Assembly: GCA_032250835.1 (NCBI GenBank)
Contig: JAVVEA010000020.1
Location: 1-63,315 of the forward strand
DNA: 63,315 bases
Source: a bacterium
GTDB lineage: Bacteria > SAR324 > XYD2-FULL-50-16
Direction of reading: 5' to 3'
Below the pieces are notes generated by a model, which saw only the letters and a program-made list of their open reading frames with translations, had not been told where the DNA came from and ran no database searches. Numbering within the stretch: the first letter of the stretch is position 1; each line of letters opens with the position of its first letter. Below, piece after piece: positions 30,811-38,840 of the stretch. Made by a program: the position numbers and the translations under genes.

Positions 30811-31941
30811 TTAAAGGGCCAGTGAAGGATTACTGGCCGCCATTTCGCCGCGCCGCATGCGGACATTGAGGATCAAGCCGATCCCGATCATGTGGCTGAT
30901 CATCGCACTCCCGCCGTAAGACATAAAGGGCAGGGGCATACCCACCACCGGCAACAGGCCGATCACCATGCCGATGTTGATCAAGATTTGGCTGCTTAAG
31001 ATGATGGTCACGCCCAGGGTCAAGACGGTCCCAGAGCGGTCCTTGGTCCGCCCGATGTCTTTAAGGCACCAGAGGATCAAAAAGGTATAGAGTGCCACCA
31101 AGGTGGCCCCGCCGATAAAGCCCCATTCCTCCGTGAAGACTGAAAAAATAAAGTCTGTATGGCGCGCCGGGAGAAAGTTCAAATGCGCTTGGGTTCCTTC
31201 TAGATAACCCTTGCCCCAAACGCCGCCCGAACCCACCGCGATCTTGGATTGGATGATGTGGTACCCCTTACCCAGAGGGTCCCGCTCGGGGTCGAGCATC
31301 GTTAAGATACGGCTGCGCTGGTAGGGCTTGAGTACATAAAACCAAGCGAAGGGCGCCGAAACCACACCCAAGCCGGCCATGATGCCCACCAACCTGGGCC
31401 GGATGCCCACCAAAAAGATCACCGGAACGAAGATAAAGAGTAACACCACGGCGGTGCCCAGGTCGGGCTGGCGCAGGATCAGCACAAAGGGGACCAAAGT
31501 GACCGCCGCCGGCCAAGCTAGGTCCTTGAACCCTAAATCGCCAATACGCCGAGAATCGCGGAAATAATGCCCCAGATACAACACCAGCGTAAATTTGACG
31601 AACTCCGAGGGCTGTATAAAGAAGGGACCTAACTTAAGCCAACGTTCCACTTTACTGCCCGGTCCGCCGGTTCCGTACATCAGCGTCAAGACCAACAACA
31701 AGATCACCACAATATGGAACCAAAGGGAAAGCTGTCCTAAGGCCTTATAGTCAAAGATGGTCACCGCCGCCATCACCACCAAGCCCACGAAGAACCAAAG
31801 CAACTGGCGCTTGAAGAAGTTGGTTTCGGTGCCGTAAGACACCGAGGCCGAATAGATCGAGAAAAACCCGACTACACTGATGATACAGACGATACCGATT
31901 AAAACCCAGTCGATATGGGGCCAAAGTCTGCGGTCAAACAT
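30811..31941 (-). CDS. rodA: Rod shape-determining SEDS protein RodA
   Basis: QPSEFVK, QPDLGT, YQ..RI, GYHIIQS.IAVGSGG, HTDFIF, EEWGF, PFMSYGGS. Confidence 0.95.
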   Translation of the reverse strand: MFDRRLWPHIDWVLIGIVCIISVVGFFSIYSASVSYGTETNFFKRQLLWFFVGLVVMAAVTIFDYKALGQLSLWFHIVVILLLVLTLMYGTGGPGSKVERWLKLGPFFIQPSEFVKFTLVLYLGHYFRDSRRIGDLGFKDLAWPAAVTLVPFVLILRQPDLGTAVVLLFIFVPVIFLVGIRPRLVGIMAGLGVVSAPFAWFYVLKPYQRSRILTMLDPERDPLGKGYHIIQSKIAVGSGGVWGKGYLEGTQAHLNFLPARHTDFIFSVFTEEWGFIGGATLVALYTFLILWCLKDIGRTKDRSGTVLTLGVTIILSSQILINIGMVIGLLPVVGMPLPFMSYGGSAMISHMIGIGLILNVRMRRGEMAASNPSLAL

Positions 31942-32434
31942 GGGGGCCGTAGGCTTTTAAGATGCGGTCGATGGTTCCGGTGGTGCTGCCGCCGGGGATC
32001 TCGGGGATGGTGCTGACCTTTCCGCCCCAGCTTTCGACCAACTCACGGCCCACAATTTGGTCCAAGGCATAGTCGCCGCCTTTGATTAAGCGGTCAGGGC
32101 GCAAGAGGGAGATCAATTCAAAGGGGGTGTCTTCGTCGAAGTAGGTCACAAAATCGATAAAATAAAAGCCCGCCAAAATCTCGGCCCGTTCTTCCAAAGG
32201 AACCACCGGGCGGCGTTCTCCTTTAAGCCGAGAGACCGAAGCATCGGTGTTCAACGCGACCACCAAAGCGTCCCCTTGGGCCCTTGCTTCCCGAAGGTAG
32301 CGGGTGTGCCCTTTGTGGACCAAGTCGAAGCAGCCATTGGTGAAAACAATCACCTGTCCTTGGGCCTGGAGGCCCCGCAGGTGCTGGGCCAACGCGGCGG
32401 GCTCGAAAATTTTTGATTCGCTGATTTGGTCCAT
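31934..32434 (-). CDS. rfaE2: D-glycero-beta-D-manno-heptose 1-phosphate adenylyltransferase (stand-alone RfaE domain II)
   Basis: FTNGCFDLVHKGH, NTDASV.RLKG..RP, KGGDY, STT. Confidence 0.92.
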   Translation of the reverse strand: MDQISESKIFEPAALAQHLRGLQAQGQVIVFTNGCFDLVHKGHTRYLREARAQGDALVVALNTDASVSRLKGERRPVVPLEERAEILAGFYFIDFVTYFDEDTPFELISLLRPDRLIKGGDYALDQIVGRELVESWGGKVSTIPEIPGGSTTGTIDRILKAYGPHV

Positions 32435-32498
32435 TGACTTTTAGCACAGGTATCGGGTTTTTCCGATTATCAACCTGCCGCGCCTTGGGGTCAAGGGA

Positions 32499-33080
32499 TT
32501 AGAGGGTCAACGGACCGCGGTCGATCTCAAAATGAGCCTGGGGGTGGAAGCAAGCGGGGCAGAGCTTGGGCGCTTCGGTCCCTTCGTGTAGGTAACCGCA
32601 ATTGCGGCAACGCCAGATCACGTTATCGCCGACTTTAAAGACCTCACCTTGGTTGATGCGCTCTAGCAGGGTTCGGTAGCGCTCTTCGTGGCGCTTTTCG
32701 GCCACACAGATGGCTTCAAATGCCTTGGCGACCTGCTCAAATCCTTCTTCGCGGGCCACTTTAGCAAAGCCCGGATATAGCTCTGTCCATTCGTGGTGCT
32801 CACCAGCAGCGGCAGCGGCAAGGTTTTCTTCGGTGGTGCCGATTTTACCGGCCGGGTAAGCTGCGGTGATTTCGAGGTCGCTGCCGCTACTTAAAAACTT
32901 AAAAAAGCGCTTGGCGTGCTCATGTTCTTGCTCAGCCGTTTCGGTGAAGATGGCGGCCATCTGCTGGTAGCCTTCTTTGGCGGCGACTGAAGCAAAATAA
33001 TTATAGCGATTGCGCGCTTGGGATTCGCCTGCAAAGGCTTTAAGTAGGTTTTTTTCTGTTTCGCTGCCCGTAACATCCAT
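32499..33080 (-). CDS. rbr: Rubrerythrin
   Basis: AFAGESQARNRY, EHEHA, E..H, C-terminal CRNCGY...CPAC rubredoxin domain. Confidence 0.96.
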   Translation of the reverse strand: MDVTGSETEKNLLKAFAGESQARNRYNYFASVAAKEGYQQMAAIFTETAEQEHEHAKRFFKFLSSGSDLEITAAYPAGKIGTTEENLAAAAAGEHHEWTELYPGFAKVAREEGFEQVAKAFEAICVAEKRHEERYRTLLERINQGEVFKVGDNVIWRCRNCGYLHEGTEAPKLCPACFHPQAHFEIDRGPLTL

Positions 33081-33394
33081 CTGGAACCTCTGAATTTAGT
33101 GGGTCATTGGTGATTTGCTACTAGTTTAGCGCCCCCTTGGGGCTGGCGTCAAATATTTGGGGGCCCTACTGAAACTTTGTCGGTAAATGGGCTACAGGTA
33201 GGGGTCTGAGCGATTTTTGGCCGGACGGATCAACTTTTTTTGCGCCTCTGGGGTAGGGCCGTGGGGGATTATTCATGGAAAAGGCTTGCCGGAATTTTTT
33301 CCAAATTTATAATGGCCACTTGGTAAAAGGGCCAAGATATTAGTTTAAAAGCCCTTACGGAATGTGATACAACCTCCTTAAAATTCGAAAAACT

Positions 33395-33811
33395 ATGAAA
33401 TCATACCGCAAGGAACTTTGGTTTAACGTCGTTGAACGGATGCAACTGATCAACATCACACCCGACGTGCAGGCCTGTTTGGCCGAATCAAGGGTGCAAG
33501 AAGGCCTGTGCTTGGTTAACGCCATGCACATCACCGCCAGTGTCTTCATCAACGACGACGAACCGGGATTGCACAATGATTATAAAAAGTGGCTTGAAGA
33601 ACTGGCGCCCTATGATCCCCAGGGTTACCAGCACCACCGAACCGGCGAAGACAACGGCGACGCCCACTTAAAGCGGCAGATCATGGGCCGCGAGGTCGTC
33701 GTCGCCATCACCGAGGGCCGTTTAGACTTCGGCCCCTGGGAACAAATCTTCTACGGTGAATTTGACGGCAGGAGACGTAAGCGGGTTTTGGTGAAGATTA
33801 TTGGGGAGTAA
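33395..33811 (+). CDS. yjbQ: YjbQ/UPF0047 family protein
   Basis: [34 protein letters not shown]. Confidence 0.93.
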   Translation: MKSYRKELWFNVVERMQLINITPDVQACLAESRVQEGLCLVNAMHITASVFINDDEPGLHNDYKKWLEELAPYDPQGYQHHRTGEDNGDAHLKRQIMGREVVVAITEGRLDFGPWEQIFYGEFDGRRRKRVLVKIIGE

Positions 33812-33830
33812 GCTTTATAGAGACTAGAAA

Positions 33831-34697
33831 ATGAAGCGTACCGCTCAGTTTTTTTTGTTGATATGGCTGTTTGTTGGTTGTCTTTCTGTCGCACTAGCAG
33901 CAACGAAGCCCACTGTGGATAGGGTTTCAAGAAGTTCCAATGCACTTCTTGTGTACTGGACAGCGGCTGCAGATCACACTTACCAAATCAGGTGGCACCT
34001 TGAGGGGGAGAGTTTTGCCGCACATCCAGTAGCTGCAAATTTGACGAGTCCTGCTCGCATCGAAGGAATCCCATCAGGTCAAGTTGTCTATTTTCAGCTT
34101 GAGGCTACCGATGCTGGCGGTGCTACTGAAACAACAAATCTGACGGTTGCCGTTCCGGGGGAGGAGAGCGCTTCGCCAGCAGAACACGAATTGAATGAGT
34201 TGAGAGCAAACATTGAACTCAATAACCTAAAAGAAGAAAATATGACCTTTAAAGGCTGGAGTTGGATGCCTTCCCTGATGCTGAGTTATGACCAACTGCC
34301 TGGCCGTATTAGCGGAGAAGTTACTATCGATGAAACAACAGGAGAAATCCGGGCAAAAAACCAAGGTCAGGCAGTTCCCAGAATAGCATATGAATTCCAC
34401 AATCAGGAGGGTTATTTCGTCAATATTTTGGTTACGAAATTGGATGACCTAGAAAAAGATATTAAGAATTTGGTATCAGATGGCTTTAATGGAGCCGGAG
34501 TCGGCAAGTACCTGTCATATAATTCTAACGCTGGAATGAACGTAGGCGTTGGCTTTTTCGTCGAAAGGAATGTTCCAGTATTTCGAGATGGCTATAGTGA
34601 CGGAGGTACGGCCACAGGTAAAAGTGTTGCAGATATTACCAGAACTGAAACAAGAGGAGGGGTTTTTATTTCGGTGGCAATAGGCGAAGGAGATTAA
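33831..34697 (+). CDS. Secreted protein with a fibronectin-type-III-like domain
   Basis: Signal peptide; VYW...YQIRW...GIPSGQVVYFQLEA FN3 pattern; visibly AT-richer than neighbours. Confidence 0.65.
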   Translation: MKRTAQFFLLIWLFVGCLSVALAATKPTVDRVSRSSNALLVYWTAAADHTYQIRWHLEGESFAAHPVAANLTSPARIEGIPSGQVVYFQLEATDAGGATETTNLTVAVPGEESASPAEHELNELRANIELNNLKEENMTFKGWSWMPSLMLSYDQLPGRISGEVTIDETTGEIRAKNQGQAVPRIAYEFHNQEGYFVNILVTKLDDLEKDIKNLVSDGFNGAGVGKYLSYNSNAGMNVGVGFFVERNVPVFRDGYSDGGTATGKSVADITRTETRGGVFISVAIGEGD

Positions 34698-34700
34698 GAT

Positions 34701-36020
34701 TCAGGTAATATCCCCCAACAACGAATGCTCCCGCCGCCCGGTGATGGTCACGGGGACCAAATCGCCGATTTCTAGGTCCGGGGCGCTTAAGGCGACGCGG
34801 AGGTTGGCGTCGGTGCGGCCTTGCATGACGCCGCGCTCCTTGGGGTGGGCGGCGTCGATTAAGACTTCTTGGCGGGTGCCCAGGTGGGCGTCTAAGATTT
34901 GGTCTTGGATGCCTGCTTGTAGTTTTAAGACCCGCTCCAATCTCGCTTCCTTGACCTCGGTGGGGATGTCGTCTTCGAGCTGCGCCGCCTTGGTGCCGGG
35001 GCGGGGGCTGTATTTAAAGGCGTAGATCAAGAAAAACTTGGCCTGTTTCAGCACTTCCAAAGTCTCCTCAAACTCCGCTTCAGTTTCGCCGGGATAACCC
35101 ACAATCACATCAGTGCTCAATTGCAGGCCCGCAACCTGCTCGCGCAGATAAGCGACCTTGGCTAAATATTGGGCTTGGTTGTGGTCGCGGCGCATCAACT
35201 CTAAGATCCGGTCACTACCGGCCTGGAAGGGCAGGTGCAGGCTCTTGCAAATCACCGGATGGCGGGCCATTAGGTCCGTTAACTCGGCGTTCCAGTCGTT
35301 GGGGTGCGGGCTGGTGAAGCGCAGGCGCTTGAGGCCCGGTAGGTCGGCTACGGCTTGCAATAGGTCGATAAACCCATGCCCCTGGGCCTGATAACTGTTT
35401 ACGTTTTGGCCCAACAAGAGGATTTCGACAGCCCCCTTGTCAATTAGGTCCCGGCATTCGGCCAGGATATTGTCCAACTCACGGCTGACTAGGGTGCCAC
35501 GGGTCTTGGGGACGATGCAAAAGCTGCAATGGTTGTCGCAGCCTTTGGTGATGGCCACCATCCCCTGGCCGCCTTCTACGGTCCCGGCTTCTAATTCTTC
35601 GTCAGGGATAAAGTTTTGCAGCTTGCGGTCCCGCTCTTGCCAGCCCGTATAAACGCCGCGCTTGCCTGCTTGGACTTCCTGGATCATGCGGGGTAGATGG
35701 AAGATTTGGTCGGGGCCAAAAACCAAATCCACCGCTTTGTGCCGCTTTAAGATCTTTTCCCCTTCCTGTTGGGCCACACAGCCGCCCACGGCGATGATCA
35801 TCTCGGGCCGCTCTTTTTTGATCCGCGCCAACCGACCCACCATGGAGTAAACCTTGTTCTCCGGGTTCTCGCGGACCGAACAGGTGTTGAGCAACACCAA
35901 GGACGCTTGGTCCATCTCGCCGCCTACTTGGTACCCCGCTTCTTCCAGCAAATGGACCATCCGGCGGCTGTCGTGGTCGTTCATCTGGCAGCCAAAGGTT
36001 TGGATAAAGGCAGACTTCAT
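34701..36020 (-). CDS. miaB: tRNA-2-methylthio-N6-dimethylallyladenosine synthase
   Basis: TFGCQMN..DS, NTCSVRE, GGCVAQ, radical SAM CDNHCSFC, LGQNVNSY, YSPRPGT, TRAM domain. Confidence 0.96.
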   Translation of the reverse strand: MKSAFIQTFGCQMNDHDSRRMVHLLEEAGYQVGGEMDQASLVLLNTCSVRENPENKVYSMVGRLARIKKERPEMIIAVGGCVAQQEGEKILKRHKAVDLVFGPDQIFHLPRMIQEVQAGKRGVYTGWQERDRKLQNFIPDEELEAGTVEGGQGMVAITKGCDNHCSFCIVPKTRGTLVSRELDNILAECRDLIDKGAVEILLLGQNVNSYQAQGHGFIDLLQAVADLPGLKRLRFTSPHPNDWNAELTDLMARHPVICKSLHLPFQAGSDRILELMRRDHNQAQYLAKVAYLREQVAGLQLSTDVIVGYPGETEAEFEETLEVLKQAKFFLIYAFKYSPRPGTKAAQLEDDIPTEVKEARLERVLKLQAGIQDQILDAHLGTRQEVLIDAAHPKERGVMQGRTDANLRVALSAPDLEIGDLVPVTITGRREHSLLGDIT

Positions 36021-36535
36021 GGCGCGGTGACCTCCACCGCCGGACCCAGCGGCCCTTCTAAGTCCGCCACCAGACCGCGCAGGGTCTGCTCAAAATCGCT
36101 CATCCCATGGGCCAAAAATCGGTAAAGCGGGTTGTGGATGCTCGCTTCCTCGCTCAGGGTCAGTAAGGTGCCTTCACCATCGGCGCTTAACTGGTAGCGC
36201 CAAAAGCCCTGGAAGGGTTGGTCCGGATCGGCGATGCGCCGTTCTAACAGGTGGGGTGATTCCAAGGCGGTGGTTTGCATGGCCATCAAGGTGCCCTGAT
36301 AATCTTCCACCCAAAGCCCCGGTGCGGCTTGGTTCACGCCGGTCAAACCGCTGCGCCAAGCCGGTTGTCCTTCAAAGTCGCTGAGCACCGCCCAGACCCG
36401 CTCAATGGGCGCGTCAAAACGGAAGGTGAGTTGGGTACGGTGGCTTTCGGGCAGCTGGCCGCCGCGCAGCCAAACGTAACCCAGACCCATCCCACAGGCA
36501 GCGAGGGCCCCTAAGGTGAATTGAATCCAACGCAT
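36017..36535 (-). CDS. SRPBCC (polyketide cyclase/dehydrase-like) protein
   Basis: APIERVW..LSD....PAWR, W.YQL...GT.LT; N-terminal TM. Confidence 0.75.
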   Translation of the reverse strand: MRWIQFTLGALAACGMGLGYVWLRGGQLPESHRTQLTFRFDAPIERVWAVLSDFEGQPAWRSGLTGVNQAAPGLWVEDYQGTLMAMQTTALESPHLLERRIADPDQPFQGFWRYQLSADGEGTLLTLSEEASIHNPLYRFLAHGMSDFEQTLRGLVADLEGPLGPAVEVTAP

Positions 36536-36543
36536 GAGGGCTC

Positions 36544-37563
36544 CTAAAAGTTGAGTTGATCCGTGGGCTCAGTGCCCCAGCCGATGGCGTCGCGGGCCTT
36601 TTGGGTGGCTACGCGGCCCCTGGGGGTGCGTTGCAACAGGCCCATTTGTAGCAGGTAAGGTTCCACTACGTCTTCGATGGTGTCCGACTCTTCGCCCACC
36701 GAAGCGGCGATGGTGTTCACCCCCACCGGCCCGCCGCCGTGGCCTTCAATGATCTGCCGCAAAATCTTGCGGTCTAAGTTGTCCATGCCCAAGGGGTCTA
36801 CGCCCAAGCGCGAGAGGGTTTCTTCGACAATCGGCAGGGTGATCACCCCGCCGGACTTGAGTTCCGCAAAGTCACGGGCCCGCTTGAGCAGGCGGTTGGC
36901 GATACGCGGCGTGCCCCGGCTGCGCTTGCCCACCTCTAGGGCGGCGTCGTCGTAAATCTCTACCTCTAAAATCCCGGCGGACCGCACGATGATCCGCTGC
37001 AACTCTTCAGGTTTATAAAACCCAAAGTGTAGGGGGATGCCAAAGCGTTCGCGCAGCGGGGTCGAAAGCAGGCCCGTGCGGGTGGTGGCGCCGATCAACG
37101 TAAAGTGGGGCAGGTCCAGCTTGAGGGTGCGCGCACTGGGCCCCTGGCCGATCATGATGTCTAGCTTAAAGTCCTCCATGGCCGAATAGAGCACCTCTTC
37201 AACCACCCGGCTCATGCGGTGGATCTCGTCGATAAACAAGACTTGGCCCGCTTCTAGGCTGGTCAAAATGGCCGCCAAATCGCCCTGCTTTTCGATCACC
37301 GGCCCCGAAGTGGACTTAAGCCCCACGCCCATTTCGTTGGAGATCAGGTTGGCCATGGTGGTCTTGCCCAGACCCGGCGGGCCGTGCAGTAAGACGTGGT
37401 CCAGGCCGTGGCCCCGGCGGCGGCTCGACTCAATAAAGACCTTTAAGTTGGCCTTCATTTCCTCTTGCCCCACATACTCGTCGAAGTAGCGCGGACGCAG
37501 CGACAACTCGCGCTGGTCCTCTTCGAGCGGTTGGGGGGTGGTGATCTTGTCCTGTTCGTCCAT
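36544..37563 (-). CDS. ruvB: Holliday junction branch migration helicase RuvB
   Basis: [49 protein letters not shown]. Confidence 0.98.
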   Translation of the reverse strand: MDEQDKITTPQPLEEDQRELSLRPRYFDEYVGQEEMKANLKVFIESSRRRGHGLDHVLLHGPPGLGKTTMANLISNEMGVGLKSTSGPVIEKQGDLAAILTSLEAGQVLFIDEIHRMSRVVEEVLYSAMEDFKLDIMIGQGPSARTLKLDLPHFTLIGATTRTGLLSTPLRERFGIPLHFGFYKPEELQRIIVRSAGILEVEIYDDAALEVGKRSRGTPRIANRLLKRARDFAELKSGGVITLPIVEETLSRLGVDPLGMDNLDRKILRQIIEGHGGGPVGVNTIAASVGEESDTIEDVVEPYLLQMGLLQRTPRGRVATQKARDAIGWGTEPTDQLNF

Positions 37564-37707
37564 CGGGCCTTTGGGGTGGTTATCGGGCGATTATGGACGC
37601 CCTGCCGCGTCTCGTCAATCGACGGGTGGTCCGGAAAAATAGCTGCAAAAATTTACCTCTATTGCTAAAATGTCGCCGCAACCCCAATTTCTCTCGGAGC
37701 TTTGTTT

Positions 37708-38730
37708 ATGTCTACTCAAACACCTGTAGATACTATTCTGTTGGTCGATGATAGCGAACTGAACTTAAAATATTTAAAGGTTCTTTTGTTGTCTGAAGGA
37801 TACCACTTGGAATTTGCCGAAAGTGCGGAAGAAGCTTGGGAGCGCCTGCAGGCGGAACCCAAGATACAGACCTTGTTGCTCGACTGGAAAATGCCCGGCG
37901 GCATGGATGGCATCGAATTGTTGGCCCGCATCCGCGCCGACAAACGTTTGAGCGACTTACCAGTGATCATGCAGACCGCCGTGATGGGCCCTGAAAAAGA
38001 GATTGCCGCTGAGGGCGCGGGGGCGAACCGCTATCTGGCCAAACCGATCAACCCCAAGCGGTTGGTCTCTGCGGTGCGGGCTTGCCTACGCGACTACCAC
38101 CGCATCAGCAGTTTGCATGATGAGGTCGACCAACAAGGCTACCGCGCCCGTCTGTTTGAGCGGTTTTTGCAGGCCCTCGAAAGTAATGCCGAGGGTACGA
38201 CCCCGATGCAATTACTTTCGAACATGCGCCAATTGATGCGCGACACGATGGACATCGACGGCGATCCCCAAATCAGGCTTTTTAATGGACAGCGGGGTAA
38301 CGGGATTTTTGAAGAACCAGAGGCGGTGTTGGTGAATTTCGAGCCATACCAAGCCGTATTGCCGTTGACCACCACGGAAGAACAGCAGGTGGGGGTCTAC
38401 CAAATGCTGGCTTTCTTAGCCAAACACCTAGACGCCAAGTTCCACCAAGCCCAAGCCGAGAAAACCCGCAAGCAGCTGCAAGAGGTGGTCAGTCAGACCG
38501 GCCAGCGGACCCTGGATTTGATCCAGGAGATTGACGCAAGCAGCAGCGAGATGAGCCGCGAGCAATTGTTCCAGAAGATGAAGCTCAATCTCTTGGAAAT
38601 GCTGGTTACCGCCGGACATGCAGAATTGTCACAAGAGCTTGAAAAACTCCGCATGGGGGCCATGAGCGGCGAAACCAACGCCAGCGACCAAAACCAAATC
38701 GACGACCTGCTGGCCAGTTTTGGGATGTAG
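37708..38730 (+). CDS. Response regulator (REC) with helical CheZ-like C-terminus
   Basis: LVDD, LLDWKMP, QT, KP receiver residues; C-terminus DQNQIDDLLASFGM. Confidence 0.8.
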   Translation: MSTQTPVDTILLVDDSELNLKYLKVLLLSEGYHLEFAESAEEAWERLQAEPKIQTLLLDWKMPGGMDGIELLARIRADKRLSDLPVIMQTAVMGPEKEIAAEGAGANRYLAKPINPKRLVSAVRACLRDYHRISSLHDEVDQQGYRARLFERFLQALESNAEGTTPMQLLSNMRQLMRDTMDIDGDPQIRLFNGQRGNGIFEEPEAVLVNFEPYQAVLPLTTTEEQQVGVYQMLAFLAKHLDAKFHQAQAEKTRKQLQEVVSQTGQRTLDLIQEIDASSSEMSREQLFQKMKLNLLEMLVTAGHAELSQELEKLRMGAMSGETNASDQNQIDDLLASFGM

Positions 38731-38840
38731 CGGGCAGGCCACCGGTTTTGGCTGCATAAGCATCTCGACTTCCCAAAGGGAACATGGCAGGTTTTGGTTA
38801 AAGCAGTCCTATTCTTTCAGCCAATTCTAAAACCTAAGTC

